Positions 1-7,860 of a DNA stretch of 64,000 nt are shown piece after piece. Position 1 is the stretch's first letter, and the number at the start of each line of letters is the position of its first letter. Both the position numbers and the translations under genes were made by a program. This DNA comes from an uncultured Lysobacteraceae bacterium (GTDB lineage: Bacteria; Pseudomonadota; Gammaproteobacteria; Xanthomonadales; Xanthomonadaceae): assembly GCA_902825775.1 (NCBI GenBank), contig CADECF010000007.1, forward strand, positions 50,457-114,456. Reading direction: 5' to 3'. The notes below the pieces were generated by a model, which ran no database searches, had not been told where the DNA came from, and worked only from the letters and a program-made list of their open reading frames with translations.

Positions 1-61
1 CGAGCCCGGAAAAATCGGGCTTGCCGTAGTAAGGGGACATGGTGATCTGCATGCCCGTGCC

Positions 62-2293
62 TTATCGCGCCGCCGGCAGGTATTCGTAGTAGCTGTACGC
101 GTACTGGCCGGCTCCGCGTTTGCGTACGCCGTTGAAGATCGCGCCTTTCACGTCCACGCCGTTCTGCTCCAACCGCTGTTTGGCCAGCGCGATCTCGCGC
201 TGTTGGTTCAATCCCCAGCGCACCACCATCAGGCAGGTGCCCGCCTGGTGCCCGATCACGGCCGCGTCGGTGACCGCAAGCACCGGCGGCGTATCGATCA
301 CGACGATGTCGTAGCACGGCGCCAGCTTGTGCAGCAGCGTGGCGAACTCGGGATTCATCAGCAATTCGGACGGATTGGGCGGCACCGTGCCGCGCGAAAT
401 GAAAGCGAGATTGTCGGCGCCCGGAACGCGGCGCAGCGCTTCCTCCAAACCGATACTGCCGGAAATCAACTCGGACAGCCCGCCGTCGGAACGCACGCCG
501 ATCGCATCGTGCAAAGTGCCGCGACGCATGTCCGCATCGATCAGCAGCACGCGCTGCCCCGCCTGCGCGATGCTCACCGCCAGGTTGGCGCAGACGAAGG
601 TCTTGCCTACGCCGGGGCTGGGCGCGGCGATCATCAGCACATTGTTCCTGTTCTCCAAGCGCGCGAAGTGCAGGCTGGTGCGCAGGGTGCGCAAGGCCTC
701 CATCGCCAAATCGGTCGGCGCGCTCAATGCCAGCAGGCGATGGCGCCCTTCGCGGCGGAAACGGCGCGGATGCAGGGTGAGTTCGTGCCCTTTTTCGCTG
801 AACGGGATCGATGCGTAGACCGGCAGACCCAGCAATTCGATGTCGGCCGGGTCTTCGACGCCGCGCTTGAACATCTGGCGCAGCAATACGAATGCGATCA
901 TCGCCAACGCGCCGAGCAACGTGCCGCCGGCGACGATCGGCAAGACCTTCGGCCAGGCCGGGCTGCCCAGATTCACGGCGGCGGGATCGATCACCCGCGC
1001 ATTGCCGACCGCGCTGGCGCGCGCGATGTCGAGCTGCTGCGCCTGATCGAGCAGGTTCGCATACGTCTGGTTGGTGACCTCCACGTCGCGGCTCAGCCGG
1101 AACAGCCCCTGCTGAGTGTCGGGCAACTGCTTGATACGGCCCTGCAACGCGCCTTTGTCGTGCTGGAACTGGCCGATCTGCTTCTGCAGGGACTGATAGG
1201 CCGGATGCTGCGGCGTGTAGCGGCTGGCGATGTCGGTCATCTGGATGCGCAACTGCTGGATGCCGGTATCGAGCGCCACGGTCTGGTCGAGCAGCGCCTT
1301 GTTCTGCAGGCTCACGTCCATCGTCTGCGTACGCGCCTGGAAATCGCGCAGCGCCGCCTGCGCTTTGGTCAGTTCGCGCCGCACGTTCGGCAGCTGTTCG
1401 GTGACGAAAGCCAGCCGCTTGGCCGCTTCGGCCGAATTGCGCGCCACGTTCTGGCGCACGTAGGCCTGCGTGATCTCATCCAGCACTTGCCTGGCCAGCG
1501 TCGGATCGGCATTGGCGTAGGTCAATGCGATCACGCCGGAGTTGCGGCCTTGTTCGGTCGCGCTGACCTCGCGCTTCAAAGCATCCATGATCGCCGTCGT
1601 GTTGAGGCGCTTGATGTCGAAACGCATGCCGGGATGGGCGACGAGCGACTTCACCCGCAGCCTGATGCCGTCGGCGGAGACGGTCTCGCCCACGCGCCCG
1701 CGCGCCAGCAGTTTGCCGTCGCCGTCGGCCAGCGTGTATTGGCCGCGATCGCGTGCGACCAATCGCAAAGGCACGCCGACCAGCTCGGAAGGCACTTCGA
1801 ACTGCGCGATCTCGAGCTTTTCGCCGCCCCAGCCGTAACCGTTCAAGCCGAACCAGGGTGTGGACAACTCGCCGGGCTGCGATTGCCGCGCCAGGAAGTC
1901 GCCGATCAACGGGAAACGCGCCGGCGCGATAGCGGTGTCCAGGCTCAGGTTCTGCAAGGCTTCGCCGAGAACGCGGCGCGACGTCAGCAACTGGATTTCG
2001 GTCGCCGCCGGCGCTTCCTCGGCCATCGGCGCCTGGGTGGCGGCACGGGCGTTCAATCCGGGCACGTTCGGCAATCTGCTTTCGACCTGGACCACGGCAT
2101 TGGCCTCGTACCGCGGCGTCGCCAGCATCACGTACGCCACGCTGGCCAGCAGGAACAAGGCAGTGCCGAACAGGATCAGCCGCTTGTTCTCGTTCAACGT
2201 CGTCAGCAGGGACGGGAGATCGATGTCGTCCTCGCGCACCGCGGAAAGCGTCTGCGGTTGGGGATCCGTCCTCGTTATCAAATGAGTAGCCAT
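62..2293 (-). CDS. wzc: Wzc-type polysaccharide co-polymerase / BY-family tyrosine autokinase
   Basis: 743-aa ORF. N-terminal Wzz-like TM plus long periplasmic coiled-coil region and a second TM. C-terminal kinase with Walker A (PSPGVGKT), Walker A-prime (LLIDADMRRG), Walker B (VVIDTPP) and a C-terminal Tyr cluster (YAYSYYEY). Confidence 0.9.
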   Translation of the reverse strand: MATHLITRTDPQPQTLSAVREDDIDLPSLLTTLNENKRLILFGTALFLLASVAYVMLATPRYEANAVVQVESRLPNVPGLNARAATQAPMAEEAPAATEIQLLTSRRVLGEALQNLSLDTAIAPARFPLIGDFLARQSQPGELSTPWFGLNGYGWGGEKLEIAQFEVPSELVGVPLRLVARDRGQYTLADGDGKLLARGRVGETVSADGIRLRVKSLVAHPGMRFDIKRLNTTAIMDALKREVSATEQGRNSGVIALTYANADPTLARQVLDEITQAYVRQNVARNSAEAAKRLAFVTEQLPNVRRELTKAQAALRDFQARTQTMDVSLQNKALLDQTVALDTGIQQLRIQMTDIASRYTPQHPAYQSLQKQIGQFQHDKGALQGRIKQLPDTQQGLFRLSRDVEVTNQTYANLLDQAQQLDIARASAVGNARVIDPAAVNLGSPAWPKVLPIVAGGTLLGALAMIAFVLLRQMFKRGVEDPADIELLGLPVYASIPFSEKGHELTLHPRRFRREGRHRLLALSAPTDLAMEALRTLRTSLHFARLENRNNVLMIAAPSPGVGKTFVCANLAVSIAQAGQRVLLIDADMRRGTLHDAIGVRSDGGLSELISGSIGLEEALRRVPGADNLAFISRGTVPPNPSELLMNPEFATLLHKLAPCYDIVVIDTPPVLAVTDAAVIGHQAGTCLMVVRWGLNQQREIALAKQRLEQNGVDVKGAIFNGVRKRGAGQYAYSYYEYLPAAR

Positions 2294-2393
2294 ATTCCTT
2301 CACCGGTCGGTATGGGAGGGAACGCCGGTTTTGCACCGGCGGACGATTCGTGCCGCGCTTGCGGGCGGCGATGGAGCCGATCGGACGAGCGCT

Positions 2394-4241
2394 TCATGGC
2401 GCCCCTCGCACGGCGGAGGCGGGTGGCGGGCCCGCGTACTGCGTCGGGTGATGCGTTTCAGGTGCAGTACGCAAGCCTGCCAGTGCCTCGAGGATGCGTT
2501 GGCCGGCATCGCCTTCGTCGCCGTCCGCCACCAACACGCGTTCGACGGGAATGCCTTCTTCGATCAGATGCCGCCCAGCCGATTCGCTCGGCGTCACGTG
2601 CAGCGACGCGAGATTGCGGATGGCTCTGCGGCTGGCTTCGTCGGGCCAGTCCGCCGAGGCGGCGACGCCGGCTGTTTCGGTGTCGACGCATACCACCGGG
2701 ATCTGGTGGTAGTAGGCGACCAGGGTCGTCGCGAACGATGCGGCCGTATCGCCTCGCACCAGCACCATGTCCGGCTTCACGTCGCTCATCACGCGTTCCA
2801 TGCCGCTGAACGCGGCAGAGCCCGCAACCATGGGGTCGTTGCCCGTTTCGGCGACGCCCAGCTTGTCGCTGGGTTGGATGTCGAACTGATCCAGCACCTG
2901 CTGCGCGTCCTGTCCCGGCTCGGCGGTGACGCATACCGTGGGTTCGAAGCGTTCGTCCCGCGACAACTGTTGCGCGATCGGCGCGATACCGTCCGTGTCG
3001 GACGGCGCGGCGAGCACGCATAGCGCCCTCAACGGCGCGGACGAGTCTTCGGCATCCCGCGGCGCGACCCGCGCAGCGGAGATGTCGTCGTCTTGCGCCT
3101 CGTCCAACCCGATACGGCCGTCCCAAGCCTGCTCCAATACCAATCCGCCCGCGTCGCCGGCGGTCGCCGGCACCGCTTCCTCGGCGCGCGCAGGGCGCCA
3201 ACGCAACGGCGTGCTCATCAGCGCGATCACCTGCGGCAGCCACAGCACATACGCCACCAATGCGAATGCGAATACGGCCGCGCTCGCCAGACTGGCGGCG
3301 TCGCGCAGCACGTAGCCGGTCGTCGCGAGCATGCCGCTGGCGGCGATGATGGCGGCCAGCACGATGCGCGGCGACCAGCCGGCGTCGAGCAGCAGATGGT
3401 GCAGATGCTGGCGATCCGGCTTGAACGGCGAATAGCCCATGCGCCAACGCCGGTACATCACCGCCAGCGTGTCCATGATCGGGATCGCCACGCACCACAG
3501 CACATCGACCGGCGCCAAACGCGCGACGCCGCGGTGGCTCAGGAAGATCAGGCTCCATGCCAACAGGAAACCGATCAGGGTACTGCCGGCATCGCCCATG
3601 AAAACCTTGCGCCCGTCCGGCCAGCCGAGATTGACGAACAAATAAGGCACGAGCGCGGCGAACAGCACCTGCAGCAGCAACACCACGCTCGGCACGGACC
3701 AGCTGGTCTGGTCGAAGAACAGGATCGCGGCGATGCTGACCATCGCGCTTGAAGCGGCGAGCCCGTCGATGCCGTCGAGCATATTGAAGGCGTTGATCAG
3801 GCCTATCACCGCGACGATGGTGAAGGGCACGCCGAGCATGCCCAAGCGCAACGCATGCCCGCCTAGCGTCGCTCCCAAATCGTCGACGTAATATCCGGAC
3901 GCCACGACCACGAGCGCGATGACGCCGGCCTCGGCCAGCAAGCGCGACTTGACGCTGAGGCCGGCGAAATCGTCGACGACGCCGATCAGCACGATCAGCA
4001 CGCCGCCGGCCACCAGGCTCATGACGAAACGGTCCAGATAGCCCAGATAACTCAGGCCCACCAGCGTGCCCAGGAAGAAGCACAGGCCGCCGATCAACGG
4101 TATACGGCCGCGATGGAGCTTGCGCCCGTCCGGTTTATCCACCAATCCGAGCCGGCGCGCTATCGGCCGGATCGAAAATATGGCGAACAAGGTGACGGCC
4201 AACGCGATAGTGCTGGCCGCTACCAGTTTTGGATCCTCCAT
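2394..4241 (-). CDS. WecA/MraY-family polyprenyl-phosphate sugar-1-phosphate transferase fused to a degenerate N-terminal half of a WecB-like UDP-GlcNAc 2-epimerase
   Basis: 615-aa ORF. Residues 1 to about 345 are polytopic with VVDDF, NMLDGIDG and FMGDAGS motifs typical of WecA. Residues about 404-590 (nt about 2472-3032) match the first Rossmann half of WecB by eye (FEPTVCVTA, KPDMVLVRGDT, IPVVCV, DWPDEASRR, LHVTPSE). No C-terminal epimerase half is present. Confidence 0.8.
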   Translation of the reverse strand: MEDPKLVAASTIALAVTLFAIFSIRPIARRLGLVDKPDGRKLHRGRIPLIGGLCFFLGTLVGLSYLGYLDRFVMSLVAGGVLIVLIGVVDDFAGLSVKSRLLAEAGVIALVVVASGYYVDDLGATLGGHALRLGMLGVPFTIVAVIGLINAFNMLDGIDGLAASSAMVSIAAILFFDQTSWSVPSVVLLLQVLFAALVPYLFVNLGWPDGRKVFMGDAGSTLIGFLLAWSLIFLSHRGVARLAPVDVLWCVAIPIMDTLAVMYRRWRMGYSPFKPDRQHLHHLLLDAGWSPRIVLAAIIAASGMLATTGYVLRDAASLASAAVFAFALVAYVLWLPQVIALMSTPLRWRPARAEEAVPATAGDAGGLVLEQAWDGRIGLDEAQDDDISAARVAPRDAEDSSAPLRALCVLAAPSDTDGIAPIAQQLSRDERFEPTVCVTAEPGQDAQQVLDQFDIQPSDKLGVAETGNDPMVAGSAAFSGMERVMSDVKPDMVLVRGDTAASFATTLVAYYHQIPVVCVDTETAGVAASADWPDEASRRAIRNLASLHVTPSESAGRHLIEEGIPVERVLVADGDEGDAGQRILEALAGLRTAPETHHPTQYAGPPPASAVRGAP

Positions 4242-4518
4242 GCGATGCCTCGGACCTTTTATGAGTTGTATTCATCCGTGTGCATGCGCACGTGCGAAAG
4301 CAACCGCGACTTCCAGCGGTCGACCTACCGTATGCGAGAGAACAATCCACTCGTTACGCTCGGCTATCCTGTTATGCCGAAGCGAATTTAGTGATATCAA
4401 CCTGATGAAGAGATGAAGAAAATCAACTTCAGGCTTATGAATAGGTGTAACGCGCGATCGATCCGTTCGCACGCATGCGCTTCGTTCATGTACATCGCCG
4501 AACGATGTCACGCATGCT

Positions 4519-4953
4519 TCAGAACTGCGAAATCCAAGTGTCGACCGCGATGTCGATCATGCGGTATGCTCGTTCGAAAGCATCTATTTCGCGACCGTAC
4601 GGATCGGGAATGTCGATGTTGCCCTGCCATTTTCCCAGCAGGAATATTTTTCCGGCCGATCGCGGCGACAACGCGCGCAACGCGCTGATATGACGCCGTT
4701 CCATCGCCAACACGATGCCGGCGCCTTCGATCAGCGGCTGATCGATCTGACGCGCGACGTGCCCTTCTCCCGTCAATCCGTGCGCGACGAGCATCCGTTC
4801 GGCCAACGGATCGATCGGGCTGCCCCGCATGGCCGCCAGCCCCGCCGATTCGACGGCGACGGCCCGTTCGCCGAGCCGATGGCGCAGCAGCGCCTCGGCC
4901 GTGGGGCTGCGGCAGATATTGCCTACGCATACGATGAGCGCGCGGTTCAGCAT
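4519..4953 (-). CDS. wzb: Low-molecular-weight protein-tyrosine phosphatase (Wzb type)
   Basis: 144 aa. N-terminal P-loop CVGNICRSP (CX5R-S) and the downstream IPDPYG Asp-loop. Lies in the same orientation as the wzc module. Confidence 0.9.
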   Translation of the reverse strand: MLNRALIVCVGNICRSPTAEALLRHRLGERAVAVESAGLAAMRGSPIDPLAERMLVAHGLTGEGHVARQIDQPLIEGAGIVLAMERRHISALRALSPRSAGKIFLLGKWQGNIDIPDPYGREIDAFERAYRMIDIAVDTWISQF

Positions 4954-4999
4954 CCCAGCATGCTAACCGCCGATCCATTGCGACCGCGTCGATGCGCGG

Positions 5000-5899
5000 T
5001 CAGTAGCCCGCGGCGTCCAGCGCTTTTTCCGCCTCGGCGCGGCCGAGCTCGATCATTTCCCCGGCCCGCCAGAATTCGTAGAACAGGCAGGCGTCGCGCG
5101 GGATGCGGATCACCAGTTCCGGCGGATCCAGCGCGAGCTGTATGCGTGCGATCTGCGCCTGCATGGTGTCCAGCGAACGCGCCATGATTTCGCTCAGGCC
5201 GATTTCTTCGCCTTGCTCCTCGCGTATGCGACGCTGCAAATGGCGTTCGACCCACGCGGTGAAACGGTTCTCGCGCGCCGGCGCGTCGGCCGCTACGGCG
5301 GGTTGGCCTGGCGGTTTTTCCGGCCAGCCGTGCATGTCCACGGCGATCAGGCGGTGCGCATCGGACAAACGCGTGGCCGCGATCGGCAACGGCGCCAGCA
5401 ATCCGCCATCCACCAGTTCCCGCCCGTGCACTTCGGCCGGCGTGAACAAACCCGGTATGGCGAACGACGCGCGTATCGCTTGCCACAGCGGGCCCTGGCG
5501 CAGCCACACTTCGCGCTGGCGCAGCAGATCCACCGCGACGGCGACATAGCCGATCGGCAATGTTTCGATCAGAGGATCGCCGACCACTTCGCGCATCGCG
5601 TCGATCAGGCGTTCGCCGCGGAACAGGCCGTTGCCGCCCAAAGCCGGATCGAGCAGGCGGATGAAATCGCCGCGATCCATCCGCACCAGGCGTTCGCGGT
5701 ATTCGTGCAGCTTGCCCGCGGCGAAGATGCCGCCGACCAATGCGCCGCTGGACGAGCCGGCGACGGCGACGATCTCCATTCCGCGCGCCTGCAGCGCTTC
5801 GATCACGCCGATCTGCGCCAGGCCGCGCGCGCCGCCGGCGCCCAATGCGAGCGCGACGGGTTCGCCGCGGCGGATCTTCGGGGCTTGCGCTGCCGCCAT
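5000..5899 (-). CDS. Patatin-like phospholipase (RssA-like), cytoplasmic
   Basis: Internal Met (residue 250) of the 548-aa track ORF gives MAAAQAPK... Oxyanion motif GAGGARG, nucleophile elbow GSSSG and catalytic DGG are all intact. No signal peptide. Start overlaps the stop of the upstream WYL gene (TGATG). Confidence 0.85.
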   Translation of the reverse strand: MAAAQAPKIRRGEPVALALGAGGARGLAQIGVIEALQARGMEIVAVAGSSSGALVGGIFAAGKLHEYRERLVRMDRGDFIRLLDPALGGNGLFRGERLIDAMREVVGDPLIETLPIGYVAVAVDLLRQREVWLRQGPLWQAIRASFAIPGLFTPAEVHGRELVDGGLLAPLPIAATRLSDAHRLIAVDMHGWPEKPPGQPAVAADAPARENRFTAWVERHLQRRIREEQGEEIGLSEIMARSLDTMQAQIARIQLALDPPELVIRIPRDACLFYEFWRAGEMIELGRAEAEKALDAAGY

Positions 5900-6900
5900 C
5901 AATCGCGGTCGTACTGGCTCAACGCCAGGGACAGCAACGAACGCACCTGCTCGCGCAGGGACTTGGGCTCGATGATCTCGGCGTCGCTGCCGTAATGCAG
6001 CACATCCATCAGCAGCTCGCGCGAAGTGCCATAGGGGATTTTCAGCTCGTAACGGCCGTCGGGCAACCAGCGGCCCTGCTGCATCGAATGCCAGTGCTCG
6101 TCGGCCACCCAGCGCGCGGACTTCGGGCTGAACACGATCGTGGCCCAGCCTTTCGGCTCGCCGGAGAAGATGCCGTAGCTGGAGGACAGGTGCTGATCGA
6201 GCTGGTCGTCGCCGATATCCAGCGCGGCCTCCTCGAGCACGCGCGCGTTGCCGATGCGGTCCACCGAGAAGCTGCGCAGCGCATCGCGTTCGTGGTCCCA
6301 GGCGTCCAGGTACCAGTTGTCGCGGTAATGGGTGATGCGTTGCGGCGAGACCGTCCTCCGGGTTTTTTCGTCGGTGGAACGGGCGCGGTATTCGAAGGCC
6401 AGCCGCTTGCGTTCCAGCACCGCCGAAGCGGCGGTACGGAAGGCATGCTCGTCGGTGCGGCGGGTGCGGTGCGGGATCACCCGTACCCGCTCCACCGGCC
6501 AGCGTTTGCCGCCGGCATGTTCGGCTAGCAAGCCTTCGATGCGCTGGTGCAGCGGCGCCAGCGCGCTCGACAGCACGCCGCCGCCGGTGCGCGCCAGCAG
6601 CTGCTGTGCGGCCAGCAGCGCATGCAATTCTTCCGAACTCAACCACAGGCCGGGCAGTTCGAAACGGCTGGCTTCGCCGGATTCGTAGCGGAAACCCGCT
6701 TCGCCGTCGCCGACGACCGGCGCCATCAGCGCATCGCGCAGGAAGGCCAGGTCGCGGTAAACGGTGGCCCGCGAGCAGCCGAGTTCCTCCTGCAGCCGCG
6801 GCACCGTCACCGGATAGCGCGCGGACTTGAGGATGCGGTGCAGGGCGTTGATGCGCTCGTAACGGTCCATGGGCGGATTATGCGGCTTCTTCGGCGTCAT
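5899..6900 (-). CDS. HTH-WYL-domain transcriptional regulator (YafY/PafBC-like architecture)
   Basis: 333 aa. N-terminal winged HTH (LGCSRATVYRDLAFL), central WYL domain (THYRDNWYLDAWD) and a C-terminal WCX-like extension. The true start could be the Met at residue 11. Confidence 0.85.
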   Translation of the reverse strand: MTPKKPHNPPMDRYERINALHRILKSARYPVTVPRLQEELGCSRATVYRDLAFLRDALMAPVVGDGEAGFRYESGEASRFELPGLWLSSEELHALLAAQQLLARTGGGVLSSALAPLHQRIEGLLAEHAGGKRWPVERVRVIPHRTRRTDEHAFRTAASAVLERKRLAFEYRARSTDEKTRRTVSPQRITHYRDNWYLDAWDHERDALRSFSVDRIGNARVLEEAALDIGDDQLDQHLSSSYGIFSGEPKGWATIVFSPKSARWVADEHWHSMQQGRWLPDGRYELKIPYGTSRELLMDVLHYGSDAEIIEPKSLREQVRSLLSLALSQYDRD

Positions 6901-6998
6901 GGCGGAGTCTGTCCGTCACAATGCCGCCGCTACGTTGTCACCAGGGATACGGGCCAGGACCGGCCCGCCGAATCGCTCTGCCCACAAAGGAAACCCAC

Positions 6999-7688
6999 AT
7001 GCGCCGCAGCCTTCCCGTCGCCCTGCTCGCCTTGTCGCTGATGGCCGTACTGGCCGCCTGCAAGCAACAGCCTGCCGCACCTGCCGCCGATGGCGCGCCC
7101 GCCCCTGCCGAGGCGTCGGCCGACGCGCAGTCGACGGTCGCCGCCGTCGCGGACAAGCTCAACCCATTGCCCAGCGCCAAGGATGAGATCAAGGCCGCGA
7201 TGGACGCCTTCCTGGACGTCAAGAGTTTCCACGCCACGATGAACATGACCGGCGACGCGATGCCGGGCGGCCGGATGGCCACCGAGATGGATTTCGTCGC
7301 GCCGGACCGCTACCGCATGCAGATGCCGATGGGCACGCAGATCATCGTCGGCGACACCATGTATATGAATGTGCAAGGGCGTTCGATGAAGGTGCCGATG
7401 CCGAAAGGCACGTTGAGCCAGTGGCGCGACCCCGCCAAGCTGGCCGAGAACCAGGCCACATTGACGGTCGAAGCGCAGGGCAGCGACACCGTCGACGGCA
7501 TCGCGGCGCGCAAGTACCTGGTCCGCAACACCCAACCCAAGCCGACCGACGTGACCATGTGGATCGGCGACGACGGCCTGCCGGTGCAGATCCATCACAG
7601 CAGCAGCGCCGAAGGCAAGACCGCGGACGTCACGATCCGCTATACGCGCTTCAACGACCCGTCGATCAAGATCGACCCGCCGCAATAA
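6999..7688 (+). CDS. Lipoprotein of unknown function (LolA/LppX-like size and composition)
   Basis: Internal Met 27 of track ORF 6921..7688 gives MRRSLPVALLALSLMAVLAAC with a lipobox (LAAC). AAGGA lies upstream of the ATG. Ala/Pro-rich linker followed by a beta-rich domain. Confidence 0.7.
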   Translation: MRRSLPVALLALSLMAVLAACKQQPAAPAADGAPAPAEASADAQSTVAAVADKLNPLPSAKDEIKAAMDAFLDVKSFHATMNMTGDAMPGGRMATEMDFVAPDRYRMQMPMGTQIIVGDTMYMNVQGRSMKVPMPKGTLSQWRDPAKLAENQATLTVEAQGSDTVDGIAARKYLVRNTQPKPTDVTMWIGDDGLPVQIHHSSSAEGKTADVTIRYTRFNDPSIKIDPPQ

Positions 7689-7700
7689 CAGCAAACCCAC

Positions 7701-7818
7701 GCTGTTTCCCCCTTTGAAAAAGGGGGATTAAGGGGGATTTGCTCTTACGGTTGTTTTGCAGCTCATCAAGATCAAAAGCAAATCCCCCCTGCCCCCCTTT
7801 TTCAAAGGGGGGAACAGC
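7701..7818. repeat. MITE-like palindromic element (family CCCCCTTTTTCAAAGGGGG...AACAGC)
   Basis: Two arms of about 42 nt that are reverse complements (GCTGTTTCCCCCTTTGAAAAAGGGGGATTAAGGGGGATTTGCT ... AGCAAATCCCCCCTGCCCCCCTTTTTCAAAGGGGGGAACAGC). A solo half-copy occurs at about 56111-56148. Confidence 0.8.
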
Positions 7819-7860
7819 AAAGGCTGCACGCATCCGTCGCGTGCAGGCACAATACGCGCC

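Noticed and set aside
1-52. Possible 5-prime end of a further minus-strand gene (MQITMSPYYGKPDFSGL...) starting 9 nt after the wzc stop
   Set aside because: Only about 17 codons lie inside the window and there is no recognisable motif. It is too short to call.
203-2809. 868-aa plus-strand ORF
   Set aside because: It is antisense to wzc and the WecA fusion, Arg/Ala/Gly-rich and low-complexity, with no motifs. This is a typical open antisense frame in very GC-rich DNA.
4242-4518. Looked for a JUMPstart/ops element (GGCGGTAG) upstream of the WecA-fusion/wzc genes
   Set aside because: Only a 6/8 match (CTACCGTA on the plus strand) was seen. The region is probably a promoter, but I cannot define any site.
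5900-6646. N-terminal 249 residues of the 548-aa track ORF containing the patatin
   Set aside because: This part overlaps the well-supported WYL regulator gene in another frame and is Arg/Pro-rich junk. The patatin homology begins at the internal Met (5899).
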